From contig JBHIAT010000021.1 of the NCBI GenBank assembly GCA_046758705.1, positions 1 to 32,626 of the forward strand: a DNA stretch of 32,626 nucleotides, given 5' to 3'. Origin of the DNA: Candidatus Bipolaricaulia bacterium. Its GTDB lineage: Bacteria > Bipolaricaulota > Bipolaricaulia > JBHIAT01. This document shows, one piece after another, positions 1 through 9,686 of this stretch (within the stretch, counting starts at the first letter, position 1; each line of letters begins with the position of its first letter). A program made the position numbers and the translations under genes. Below the pieces are notes generated by a model, which did no database searches, was not told the origin of the DNA, and worked only from the letters and a program-made list of their open reading frames with translations.

Positions 1-77
1 GCTGGCATTCCAACGACGGGATGCCCGGCATGTTTAATGCCGGGAGGATGTCACAAAGCTTTTGAGGATTGATTAAC

Positions 78-1127
78 ATGGATGCCGATGAAACCTGGAC
101 ACCCCCAGATGATTGGCCGAGAATCACAACCATTGATGCGCATGCTGAAGGCGAACCTTTGCGCGTCATCCTCAGTGGCTTTCCCGAACTCCCGGGCGAT
201 ACCATTCTGGCTCGTCGTCGTTATGCGAAACAAAATCTGGATCATTTGAGAACCGCCCTCATGTGGGAACCCCGGGGACATGCCGACATGTATGGCTGCA
301 TCCTGACTCCGGCGGTAACGCCGGAAGCCGATTTCGGCATCTTGTTTTTACACAACGAAGGATACAGCACGATGTGCGGCCATGGAATCATTGCGGTGAC
401 GGTCGTGGTACTGGAGACCGGTATGCTCCCGATGAACGCTCCTGAAACAACCGTTAAAATGGATACTCCCGCCGGACTGGTGACCGCTCATGCAAGGGTC
501 AAAAAAGAAAAAGGAGAAAAGGGACGGGTGCAAAGTGTTTATTTTCACAACGTTCCCTCGTTTGTCGTGGCTTTGGATGAAACCGTTGATGTGCCGGGTT
601 TAGGTCAGGTGCGATACGACCTTGCTTTCGGCGGGGCATTTTATGCGTACGTTCAGGCCGAGGAAATTGGATTAGCGCTCACTCCGGAAAACTTCCGTCC
701 GCTGATTGAAACGGGGATGGATATCAAACGAGCCATCATGAAAAGTCATCCGATCAGCCATCCTATTGAAGAAGATTTAAGTTTTCTGTACGGGACCATT
801 TTTATCGGTCCCCCGCAAAGTGAAGGCGCCGATAGCCGCAACGTCTGCATCTTTGCCGAAGGAGAGGTCGACAGAAGTCCCACTGGAACCGGGGTTAGTG
901 GCCGTCTGGCCATTCATTTTGCTCGGGAAGAAATTGAACTCAACCAACCCTTGGTGGTCGAAAGCATTATTGGGAGTCGCTTTACCGGGCGCATCGTCCA
1001 AACAACTCAATATGGCTCTTACGACGCTATTATTCCTGAAATAGAAGGCACGGCTTACATAACAGGGCAGAACGAATTTTTCATTGACCCGGATGATCCG
1101 CTACGGGATGGATTTATTCTCCGTTGA
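78..1127 (+). CDS. Proline racemase family protein, probable trans-3-hydroxy-L-proline dehydratase (Cys/Thr dyad)
   Basis: Motifs DAHAEGEPLR, EPRGHADMYG, STMCGH and DRSPTGTG (Thr at the second catalytic position). GAGGA RBS at 64-68 supports ATG 78. Confidence 0.85.
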   Translation: MDADETWTPPDDWPRITTIDAHAEGEPLRVILSGFPELPGDTILARRRYAKQNLDHLRTALMWEPRGHADMYGCILTPAVTPEADFGILFLHNEGYSTMCGHGIIAVTVVVLETGMLPMNAPETTVKMDTPAGLVTAHARVKKEKGEKGRVQSVYFHNVPSFVVALDETVDVPGLGQVRYDLAFGGAFYAYVQAEEIGLALTPENFRPLIETGMDIKRAIMKSHPISHPIEEDLSFLYGTIFIGPPQSEGADSRNVCIFAEGEVDRSPTGTGVSGRLAIHFAREEIELNQPLVVESIIGSRFTGRIVQTTQYGSYDAIIPEIEGTAYITGQNEFFIDPDDPLRDGFILR

Positions 1128-1134
1128 AAAGATG

Positions 1135-1952
1135 TCAGCTATTGCCAACCTTCTCTAAGGCGTGTGCGATAGCTTGCTCCAGTGGCATCGCTTGTCCCTC
1201 GGCCCACGCTATCGCAAACGCTTCCTCGCCCAGTTCAGCGCGCACGGCGGACACGTTGCGGTCATAATCCATGAGGGTGCGGTCGATAGACGGCAAGGGA
1301 AAGCCGATGGCTTCGTGCAGCGCCTCCGCTGCTCCAAATAGCCGCGCTGCCCGCTCTGGTCGCCCGTTTGCGCAGGCCACCCCCGCCAAGCCCTCTAGAC
1401 ATAAGGCAATACCCCCCTTGTCCCTCAGTTCCCGCTGCAGGGTCAGGCTTTCCTCGTAGAGTTCCGCCGCCTGTCCCAAGTCGCCCTGTCCAGCTTCCAC
1501 CTGCCCCAGGCCTTCGAGCAAGTGCGCGATAACTTCCTTATCTTCCTGCTCCCTGGCCAAGGCCAATCCCTCCTCAAAAAGTTCCGCCGCCTGCCCCAAG
1601 TCGTCCTGTTCGGCTGCCACATACCCCAGATTGCGGACCAAGCGTGCGATGCCCCACTTGTCCCCCAGTTCCCGAAACAGGGTCAGGCTCTCCTCCCAGA
1701 GTTCCGCCATCCGATCGTAGTCACCCTGACGCCATGCCATCCAACCTGCCCCATGAAGCGCCTTCGCCCGCACGGCCGCTGACACACCGCTGCCCCGTTT
1801 CAGCGCCCCTTCCAGCCGCCTGCGTCCCTCGCTCGGAGAACCGCGTATGAGCCAGAACCACCCCAGTGCCCAACACAACCGCAACTCCATCTCCGCCTCC
1901 CCACTCTGCTCAAAGTGCACCAGCACCGCCCGCAGGTTGTCGTGCTCCCCCC
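1135..1952 (-). pseudogene. C-terminal TPR region of the BTAD/ATPase regulator, out of frame with its N-terminal half
   Basis: EHDNLRAVL...LRLCWALGWFW, three ~40-aa TPR repeats (120-nt periodic DNA repeats), ERAARLFGAAEAL and AWAEGQAMPLEQAIAHAL are typical C-termini of this family. No independent start or RBS. Confidence 0.75.
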
Positions 1953-3361
1953 AGACGAATACAGATCTCGACGATCGCTGAGGCGTTCTCATCAGTGCCC
2001 GCAACGTCGGGTTTCACCGCCCGCGTCCGTTCGATGAATAACTGAACTGCCTCGGACTGCATCAGCGGCAGCACCAGGAACACATGCTCCCCGCTCACGT
2101 GTAGCACCTCCCGGCTGGCCACCAACACCTTCAGCTGAGGACAGGTCGCCACCAGCTCCACCACCTGCGGTGCCGCTTCTACGACCGGCTCGAAGTTGTC
2201 GAGCAACAACAACATCTGCTTTTCCCGCAGAAATCCCTTCAAGATGTTAATGAGCGGTCGATCCCCGAATTCCTTGATTCTTAGCGTCTGAGCGATGGTT
2301 GAAACCATCAATTCAGGATCGCGGAGGGGGGACAGGTCTACAAAGTAAGCGCCGTCCTCGAAGTGATCGAGCAGATCCGTGGCTACCTTGAGCCCCAGGC
2401 GGGTCTTGCCCGTGCCACCCACACCCGTGAGGGTCAGCAGACGCACATCCTCGTCCAACAGGAGTTTCTGTACGGTGTCCAGTTCCTTCTCGCGCCCGAT
2501 GAACCGGGTCAACGCGATCGGCAGGTTGTTAGGAACCGCTCGAGGAGGTTCAAGAACAGGAATTTCGCCGTTGCGAATCTGTAGATAAAGCTCGCGGGTT
2601 TCCGGTGCAGGCTCCATATCCAACTCGTCTCTGAGTGTCTTGGCGTATGTTTCATAAACCCGCAGCGCTTCTCTCCGCTCGCCCGCGTGAGCGTGATAGC
2701 GCATCTTCTGACGACAGTTTTCCTCATGGTAGGGATCCAGCTCGATCACTCGCTGGCAGTACTCGATCGCTCGCCGGTATTGACCCAGGCGCGCATGGCA
2801 TTCGGCCAGTTGGGACAGGGCATCGAGATAGGTCCGCTGCCATCTTTCGATGTGGGGGATGGCCCAGTCCTCGTAGCGATCGTCGGCGAGGAACTCTCCC
2901 TGATACAGAGCCAGCGCTTGCTCATATTCTCGAATCGCCGGTTCAAATTGGGCGTTTGATTCCAATTGCCTGGCTTGTCGCAGGTGACCTTCGAACCGTT
3001 GGGAGTCAATGACACAGTCCGCTTGGGGGTTGAAGCGGTAGCCTGAGGGACGGGTGAGAATATATTGGGATTGCGTCCCGCGTTTGAGCTCAGGTTCGAG
3101 GATGTGACGCACACGACTGACCAGAGATCGCAGATGTTTGTCCGCTTTATCGAGATCGGTATCCGGCCAGAGCCAATCGATGAGCTGATCGTGGGTGAAC
3201 GGGCGGCCGGGTTCGGTGAGCAGGATCTTGAAGAAGGCCTGGGCCTTGTAACCTCTCCAGGCTTCCAGCGGGATCGGCTCATCATCGCGCCACAGTTGGA
3301 ACGGTCCGAAGAGCTGCACCCGTAATCTCATGATGGGACCCCTGGAATCGGAGTGAGCCAT
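1910..3361 (-). pseudogene. SARP/BTAD transcriptional regulator with NB-ARC-like ATPase, N-terminal part (internally deleted and frameshifted)
   Basis: OmpR-like wHTH (LRVQLFGPFQL...LIDWLWPD), BTAD (ALALYQGEFL...DPYHEE), NNLP..LTRFIGRE, Walker A GVGGTGKT, LLLLDNFE. Family similarity stops at EICIRL. Start may be ATG 3331. Confidence 0.8.
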
Positions 3362-3462
3362 TGTACTTCGGGATGATGATCTGTGTCAAATGGAATGGTG
3401 ATCAATACCGGATTTCTACTCCATTCTCCACTCCGCTTTGATGAGATGAAACATTGAGGATA

Positions 3463-4380
3463 TCACATACAGACCAGCAGATGGCCGCTCTTTTGTTCAA
3501 CGGTGCGCATGTAGTCCAGATACGTTTGCATGCTTCTGCCATGAAACATGAACACAAGCGCTTTGCCAATAGCTATCCGATGAGCCTGGATGGTAAAGTC
3601 CAGCGGGCCGCCAACGGCTGTCATGGCCCATCTGAACTCTTGTGGGTCGCGGAGCAGCCATGACCGCGTGGGATTAAGCGTTAAGTTGATTTCCCTCACA
3701 ACCTGTGGGGTAAGAGAGGCCCTGTTCCTCTTCAGGTAGTCCTCGACGATCGATTGTTCCACTTCGACCATTTTGAGATCGAAATCCAATGCGGAGATCC
3801 TCTCTGTGGAACCGACCTGCAAAGGATTCCGGGGCTCCTGCCATTCAAACAGCAGATTGTTGATGACTCGCATGTTGTAACCGAACAACACGACGCTCAT
3901 TTCGGTGAGCATCCGTCTGCTGTCATCGGAGAGGACCACCGCTCCGACTATCGTTTCGGCCGTCCCAACGCCTGGCGATGCCGTCACGATCGCCGCCGCA
4001 TGAAAGAATCGGACATCTCGATTCGCCTCGGTCGTATTGGGATCATGTTCCAAGATATAGCTGATGAAGTCGTAGTAGTCGTGTCGCTGAGCAATGGTTG
4101 TATATAGCTCAGGGTTGTGATTCCTGGTGTTGTAGATGGCAACCTGGATGAAGCTGTTGGCTTCGCTGAGTCTGGCGGGGTCCCCGTGACGGCGGGCACG
4201 CTGCCAGGCGATGCGGTCCGCGTAATACCATTGGTGAGCTGCTCTTTCGTGGATCAAGCGCGCCAAAGCCCCCACGTGCAACTCTCCCCCCGACGTCTCT
4301 TGGGCTGCGTGTGTGGCAATGACACCTGTTAAAACAACTGACGCGATAAGCACCCAAGTAAACGCTGTTCTGTTTATCGT
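3463..4380 (-). CDS. Secreted hypothetical protein; start uncertain (GTG 4353, or non-canonical ACG 4380 / ATA 4377)
   Basis: Open frame of about 300 codons with a hydrophobic signal-like N-terminus. Strong SD AGGAGG at 4390-4385 precedes the in-frame ACG ATA AAC AGA. Confidence 0.65.
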   Translation of the reverse strand, partial: TINRTAFTWVLIASVVLTGVIATHAAQETSGGELHVGALARLIHERAAHQWYYADRIAWQRARRHGDPARLSEANSFIQVAIYNTRNHNPELYTTIAQRHDYYDFISYILEHDPNTTEANRDVRFFHAAAIVTASPGVGTAETIVGAVVLSDDSRRMLTEMSVVLFGYNMRVINNLLFEWQEPRNPLQVGSTERISALDFDLKMVEVEQSIVEDYLKRNRASLTPQVVREINLTLNPTRSWLLRDPQEFRWAMTAVGGPLDFTIQAHRIAIGKALVFMFHGRSMQTYLDYMRTVEQKSGHLLVCM

Positions 4381-4436
4381 AGATCCTCCTTTTCACGCCT
4401 GGAAACGTAGGAAGGGCAGGTGGAGGGTCAGCTCCT

Positions 4437-5030
4437 TCAGTCGGTGGTGATCGTGTAGATCACCACGATATGGTAATCTCCGTCCTGATACTGTTCTCCA
4501 TTGAGTAGCACCCGGTAATCGACCCCGATCTCATACCGGCCAGGAGCGCCGTTTACCAAGATTTGATCGAAGTTGTCGATGGAGATATAGCGATTCCCGG
4601 ACTCTCTCAGTTGGAACCGGTCGATCGGCATCGTATAGCCCCCGTCGAAGCTGGTCCCCATATCGCGGTCCTCCGTCCTGACCTTGACGACCCAGGGGAT
4701 GTTGCTCATCACGATCAACGTCTCAGCTGTCGGTCGCTCGATGGAGCCTCGATTCAGATCCTCGACGGTCGGTTTCGGGATGGTGAAGCTTGAGGCAAGA
4801 GAAGAGGTGCTGGATTCCGAACCGATCACCATCGACTGAAGCGGGGGGATAGTGAACGTAATCGTGTTCGTCCCGGAAGCCTGGCGGGCCTCCGACATGA
4901 CCGGGGCAAAGATCAACCCGATAAACATGGAGAGGATAAGGACGAGTAGCCCGGCTATCCACACACTGAGGTGAGCAGAAGACTTTCGCTTACTGTCTAT
5001 GATACCCACCTCCTTCGATTGATTCGTCAA
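4437..5030 (-). CDS. Membrane-anchored or secreted beta-rich hypothetical protein (surface/fimbrial-subunit-like)
   Basis: One N-terminal hydrophobic helix (LSVWIAGLLVLILSMFIGLIFAPV), beta-strand-rich body (LIVMSNIPWVVKV) and terminal GDYHIVVIYTIT strand. Confidence 0.6.
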   Translation of the reverse strand: MTNQSKEVGIIDSKRKSSAHLSVWIAGLLVLILSMFIGLIFAPVMSEARQASGTNTITFTIPPLQSMVIGSESSTSSLASSFTIPKPTVEDLNRGSIERPTAETLIVMSNIPWVVKVRTEDRDMGTSFDGGYTMPIDRFQLRESGNRYISIDNFDQILVNGAPGRYEIGVDYRVLLNGEQYQDGDYHIVVIYTITTD

Positions 5031-5127
5031 GGGCTTTTACCTAGCTTACACCATCTCGACCTTTGATGCAACTTTTGAGATACCTTCGCAGTTGCCCTAT
5101 CATAGGCATGGAGATCAGTGGTGGATA

Positions 5128-5745
5128 ATGTGCGAAAAGCTTTTCAATCCACTTGGGGAGGAAGAGCGGGAGAAACTTGAAAGAAGAATTCTAGAGGCTC
5201 TAAACAATTGTCCCGGTCACCCACTCCCTCCTGATGAGAGCTTTCCTGGTGCGGGTATATACGCGCTCTACTACTTCGGCAGTTTTGATCTGTATTCTCG
5301 ATTAGCTGAGAGGAATGCGCGTGGACAATACAATGTACCGATCTATGCGGGGAAGGCTAACCTTAAGGGGGTTCGAACAGCTCGTGGCTCAACCACACGG
5401 CAGACCCCTCTCTATAATAGGCTTAGAGAACACGCCAGGTCTATTAATGAGGCAGTCAATCTAAACGTAGATGATTTCGGGTGTAAATATTTGGTTCTAG
5501 AGCAAACTTGGGTTTCATTAGGAGAGCAAATACTAATCCGTCAATTTTCTCCGATATGGAACACCGTGGTTGAGGGCTTTGGAATTCACACTCCGGGTAG
5601 GGGTAGAGCAGGTCAGCAACGATCGCAATGGGACACCTTACACCCAGGCAGAGAATGGGTTGAGAAACTCAAACTACCTCCTAACGCAATGGGCGAAGAG
5701 GAGATACGTCGTAGAGTTCATGAACACCTTAACCACCTGACCTGA
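5128..5745 (+). CDS. Eco29kI-family GIY-YIG type II restriction endonuclease
   Basis: FNPL, GAGIYALYY, PIYAGKA, LYNRLREHARSI, LGEQILI, PIWN..VEGFG, RSQWDTLHPGREW. AT-rich. Start placed at ATG 5128. Confidence 0.9.
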   Translation: MCEKLFNPLGEEEREKLERRILEALNNCPGHPLPPDESFPGAGIYALYYFGSFDLYSRLAERNARGQYNVPIYAGKANLKGVRTARGSTTRQTPLYNRLREHARSINEAVNLNVDDFGCKYLVLEQTWVSLGEQILIRQFSPIWNTVVEGFGIHTPGRGRAGQQRSQWDTLHPGREWVEKLKLPPNAMGEEEIRRRVHEHLNHLT

Positions 5746-5753
5746 TATAAGAG

Positions 5754-7145
5754 CTATCGCTTGAGTACAACTGCCGCATCATATAGTCTCAGTCTTCTTG
5801 GGGATTTTTCCCTGGCACCTGTGTTGACAATGCTTGAGCCTACACGCTTCTCCCTCACGATATAGATGCCTTCTGTGCTTATCCCATGTAGCGTAGCAAT
5901 CTTGCTAAAAAAGCTATCGACATTGATTTCCACCCCTTGGATGATCGAATTCCCAACCACGATGACAGCTACCCCCTTAGGCTTTAATAGCTTCTTCAAG
6001 ATTTCCATGAGGCGATAAGTGTCGTTAAAGTAAGTACTGATGTAGTTCGCCCAACCAGACCCTCCATAAGTTCCCTTATCAGGTTTGATATATCTTATGG
6101 TATCGATAACCTCTTGAAGTTCTGGAAGCTGGAAATCCAAGTTAAGCGGTTCTAGGTCCCGAACTGTTTGCCAGAATTTCCCGTAGCTTTCCTGCTCTAA
6201 GGTACGGAGATCCTTCGGGCTAGTTACAAACTGCAACCAGAACAAATGGGGTCTCGTGTTCCTAACATAATGGTAATTATTCATGTAGGGGGGTGAGGTA
6301 ATAACAAGATCTACAGATTCAGGATCTAAGTGCTCTAGTGCCAGAAAGAAACTCTTTTCATAGATTTCTGCTTTTGGAAGCGAAGTGAGTGACCTAAGTT
6401 CTCCCTGAAACCACTCAATATCTTCTGCCATCTCCCATAGTTTGTTGGACACAACACCGCTAACGGCTGCATTAGAGATGAGTTCTTTGCCAGCAGCAGG
6501 TCTTGAGCCTAATGAGGGTTCATAACTATAGTTAGAGACGCCTACCATAACAGCTCCTAGCGCAACTCGGAAGATATCTTGTACTGCTGGATTTTTCAGA
6601 GAGTAGATATGATCAAACGCAAACAAAATTTTTTTCTCTACAAGTGGGCTAAAAAAGGGAATCCGAGACCTGAATTTCTCTGGAGGTTTTGTAGTTGGCT
6701 CCGGGGCTCCTGGAAGGTCTCCTGTTTCATAGCCTTTTATAAAAGCCCTATCTATTTGCGACTCCAGTGGAGCCATATAACTTTCGTAGCTAGCAATCGC
6801 TTGCTTTAGTGCTTCCAGGTCAATCCGTGTCGATTGCAGCTTAACTCTTGAGGCTAGTGCAGCAAATGGATTGATCTCGAAACCGATTGTGTTGATCCCC
6901 TTACAAAAGGCTTCGATAAGCGTCGTTCCCACGCCTGCGAAAGGATCAAGAACGACCGAATTCGGTGGGGGATTCTGTAAATACTTTGCTATCGTGCCAT
7001 CCACAAAGCTAGCGGAAAAACCAGCAATCCAAGTGACCCAGCGATGGATAGGGAGACTTTTGTTCTCTAATGCGGCCGGGTCTTTAAAACCACCATCGCC
7101 TTTCTTCTTATCGATCTCGAAAAGCTGAAGCTGTTTCCTCTTCAA
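5754..7145 (-). CDS. Site-specific DNA amino-methyltransferase, probably N4-cytosine (alpha motif order)
   Basis: PIHRW..AGFS, motif I VLDPFAGVGTT preceding motif IV DLVITSPPY. Convergent with the endonuclease (8 bp between the stops). Confidence 0.85.
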   Translation of the reverse strand: MKRKQLQLFEIDKKKGDGGFKDPAALENKSLPIHRWVTWIAGFSASFVDGTIAKYLQNPPPNSVVLDPFAGVGTTLIEAFCKGINTIGFEINPFAALASRVKLQSTRIDLEALKQAIASYESYMAPLESQIDRAFIKGYETGDLPGAPEPTTKPPEKFRSRIPFFSPLVEKKILFAFDHIYSLKNPAVQDIFRVALGAVMVGVSNYSYEPSLGSRPAAGKELISNAAVSGVVSNKLWEMAEDIEWFQGELRSLTSLPKAEIYEKSFFLALEHLDPESVDLVITSPPYMNNYHYVRNTRPHLFWLQFVTSPKDLRTLEQESYGKFWQTVRDLEPLNLDFQLPELQEVIDTIRYIKPDKGTYGGSGWANYISTYFNDTYRLMEILKKLLKPKGVAVIVVGNSIIQGVEINVDSFFSKIATLHGISTEGIYIVREKRVGSSIVNTGAREKSPRRLRLYDAAVVLKR

Positions 7146-7336
7146 GCTACTTCCTTCTTGCTCACGGCACTTACCCCATCATATCATATTAAAGTAACCC
7201 ATAGCCATCCACAAGGTCACGTGACTGGCAGGAGCGATGAATTTTGTCACCCTATCAACAAGTCAAGAGGTCGTGTAGGATTGATTTTCGAAGCACAATT
7301 GCGTGGAGTCGCTACGCCATAGCTGCCAAGTTGCAG

Positions 7337-8194
7337 TTAAAAGATCGCAGCGATGGAGAAGGTCATGAAGACGAGGGAGATCGCGCCGTTGACCCGCTGG
7401 AACGCACGGCGGATCGTGGTGAAATCCCGGGGATCGATGATCCAGTGCTCATAGACGAGCAGCGCTGCAATCAGGGTCAGGCCGATCAGGTAGAGGAAGT
7501 TGAGGTCGAGGAGGAAATAAAGCGGGACCAGGGCGGCGACCATCAGGGCGTGGATGAAGCGGGCGAAGCGCAACGTTGCCGGGATCCCGAACCGAACCGG
7601 GATTGAGGAATAGCCGTGCTCCTGATCGAACTCCAGATCCTGGATGTCGTAGTAGGCATCGAACCCCGTTCCCCACAACAACACCCCCAGACCGAGGAGC
7701 ACCGCCGGTAGATCCAGCTCGCCTCGGATGCCGATCCAGGCACCGACCGGACCGACACTCTGCCCAAGCCCGACGAACGGATGAGAGTAGGTTATCTTGT
7801 TGATAAACGAGTAGCCGAGCAAGATAAAGAGGGCCACCGGGGAGAGCAAGAGTGTCAGTCGGTTGAGCATAGCGGCGCTGAAGATAAACAGCGCGGACAT
7901 CCCGATAACGAACGCAACCACCTGAGCTGGAGAGACCACACCGGTCGGCAGAAGTCGGTTGCGGGTGCGAGGGTTTTTGGCATCGTACTCCCGATCAGCG
8001 AACTCATTGAACGCCATCGCTGCAGCGCGGCCGGAGAACGCTGCAATCAGGATCCACAGAATCGCGCGCGCTTCAGGGAGCCCGTCCGCCGCCCAGACCA
8101 TCGCGGTGATGACGAACGGGAGTGCGAAGATCGCCGCCTTGATCTTGATCAGATCAGACAGTTGCTCCAGTGTTTTCGCTACTGAAGTCATCAT
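7337..8194 (-). CDS. mqnP: UbiA-family prenyltransferase (MqnP-like, futalosine menaquinone pathway)
   Basis: IFALPF, AMAFNEFADREYDAKNPRT.NRLLP, GFDAYYDIQDLEFD, SIPVRFG. Multiple TM helices. Follows the UbiD-family decarboxylase. Confidence 0.8.
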   Translation of the reverse strand: MMTSVAKTLEQLSDLIKIKAAIFALPFVITAMVWAADGLPEARAILWILIAAFSGRAAAMAFNEFADREYDAKNPRTRNRLLPTGVVSPAQVVAFVIGMSALFIFSAAMLNRLTLLLSPVALFILLGYSFINKITYSHPFVGLGQSVGPVGAWIGIRGELDLPAVLLGLGVLLWGTGFDAYYDIQDLEFDQEHGYSSIPVRFGIPATLRFARFIHALMVAALVPLYFLLDLNFLYLIGLTLIAALLVYEHWIIDPRDFTTIRRAFQRVNGAISLVFMTFSIAAIF

Positions 8195-8234
8195 ATGAAG
8201 GTGGAAATCTCACCGGCCAATCACGGAGGTGATC

Positions 8235-9686
8235 TTACAGCGAAATTCCATACTCCGTCCACCTCCGGTCGACCAGTTCTTTGATCTCTTCAGACATCAC
8301 GATCTCATCAGGCCACTCGCCCGTATACCCCTCTTCGGGCCACGGCCGGGTTGCATCGATCCCCATCTTCACCCCGGCGAACGGCAGATTCCCCGAGAAA
8401 TCCAGCACATCCCGAGGACCCTCGACGAACATGATATCCCGCCCCGGATCGACGTTGTTTCCGATCCGCCAGATCACCTCGTCCAGATCGTGAACGTTCA
8501 CCCGCTTGTCGACGACGACGACGAACTTGATCAACGACAGCTGACCGGTGCCCCAGATAGCATTCATCACCTTCTTGGCGTGAAACGGGTACCGCTTGTC
8601 GATCGAGACGATAATCCAGTTGGTGAAGATTCCGGCGATCGGCAGATTGATGTCGACCACCTCGGGCATGATCATCTGCATCAGCGGCAAGAACAGCCGC
8701 TCGGTGGCCTTTGCCAGGCAAGCATCTTCCATCGGGGGCTTCCCGACGATCGTAGACGGGTAGATCGGGTCCTTGCGGTGGGTGAGGGCGGTGACGTGGA
8801 AGACCGGGTACTCATCGGCCAGCGAATAATGGCCGGTGTGATCGCCGAACGGTCCTTCTACGGTCCGCTCCCCCGGTCGGATCATCCCTTCCAGGACGAA
8901 GTCGGCGCACGCGGGGACTTGGAGATCGACGGTGACACAATCGACCATCTCCACCGGACGCTGGCGCAGGAACGAGGCGAGCAGCATCTCGTCAATCCCC
9001 GGTGGCATGGGAGCGGTGGCGGCATAAGCAAGGGCCGGATCACCGCCCAGGGCGACGGCCACCTCCATCGTCTCGCCCGCCGCCTCGTAGCCGCGCAGGT
9101 GCTCCGCCCCGCCGTGGTGGATCTGCCAGTGCATTGCCGTCTGGTTCTTGTCGAGGATCTGCATCCGGTAGGTCCCGGCGTTCCGTCGCCCCGTCTCCCG
9201 GTCGACGGTGAAGACAATCGGCAAGGTGATGTATCGCCCGCCGTCCTCAGGCCAGCACTTCATCGCCGGCAGGATACCGAGATCGACTTCGTCTCCCTCG
9301 TAGACAACCTGCTGGCACGCTCCGGAGGAGACCGTTTTGGGAAGGTATTTGGTCAGGTCGAACAATCGGGGAAGCTGACGCAGCTTATCGACCAGTCCCT
9401 CGGGGACCTGGATCTTAATCAGCTCTTCGATCCGCCTGACGTGCTCGTCCAGATCCTCGACCCCCAACGCCCAGTTCATCCGCCGGGTCGACGCATAGCC
9501 GTTGATGAGCAGGGGGAACGGGGAATCCTTCACGCGCTCGAACAGCAGGGCCGGCCCGTTGTGTTTGACCGCCCGGTCGGCGATCTCGGTGATCTCATAG
9601 ATCGGATCGACCTCGACCGAAACCCGAGTCAGCTCGTCACGGCGCTCCAGAAAGTCAACAAACTCTCGGAGGCTCTCATAGGCCAT
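8235..9686 (-). CDS. mqnL: UbiD-family menaquinone biosynthesis decarboxylase (MqnL-like)
   Basis: WPEDGGRYITLP, NAGTYRMQ, MHWQIHHGG, EGPFGDHTGHYS, TIVGKPPMED, KMGIDAT. SD GGAGG precedes ATG 9686. Confidence 0.88.
   Translation of the reverse strand: MAYESLREFVDFLERRDELTRVSVEVDPIYEITEIADRAVKHNGPALLFERVKDSPFPLLINGYASTRRMNWALGVEDLDEHVRRIEELIKIQVPEGLVDKLRQLPRLFDLTKYLPKTVSSGACQQVVYEGDEVDLGILPAMKCWPEDGGRYITLPIVFTVDRETGRRNAGTYRMQILDKNQTAMHWQIHHGGAEHLRGYEAAGETMEVAVALGGDPALAYAATAPMPPGIDEMLLASFLRQRPVEMVDCVTVDLQVPACADFVLEGMIRPGERTVEGPFGDHTGHYSLADEYPVFHVTALTHRKDPIYPSTIVGKPPMEDACLAKATERLFLPLMQMIMPEVVDINLPIAGIFTNWIIVSIDKRYPFHAKKVMNAIWGTGQLSLIKFVVVVDKRVNVHDLDEVIWRIGNNVDPGRDIMFVEGPRDVLDFSGNLPFAGVKMGIDATRPWPEEGYTGEWPDEIVMSEEIKELVDRRWTEYGISL

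Noticed and set aside
24-44. 8-bp hairpin CCCGGCAT-gttta-ATGCCGGG
   Set aside because: No U-tract and upstream context is missing; no function can be assigned.
1438-1740. ~120-nt periodic DNA repeats
   Set aside because: Coding TPR repeats, not a CRISPR array: no identical repeats with unique spacers and no cas genes.
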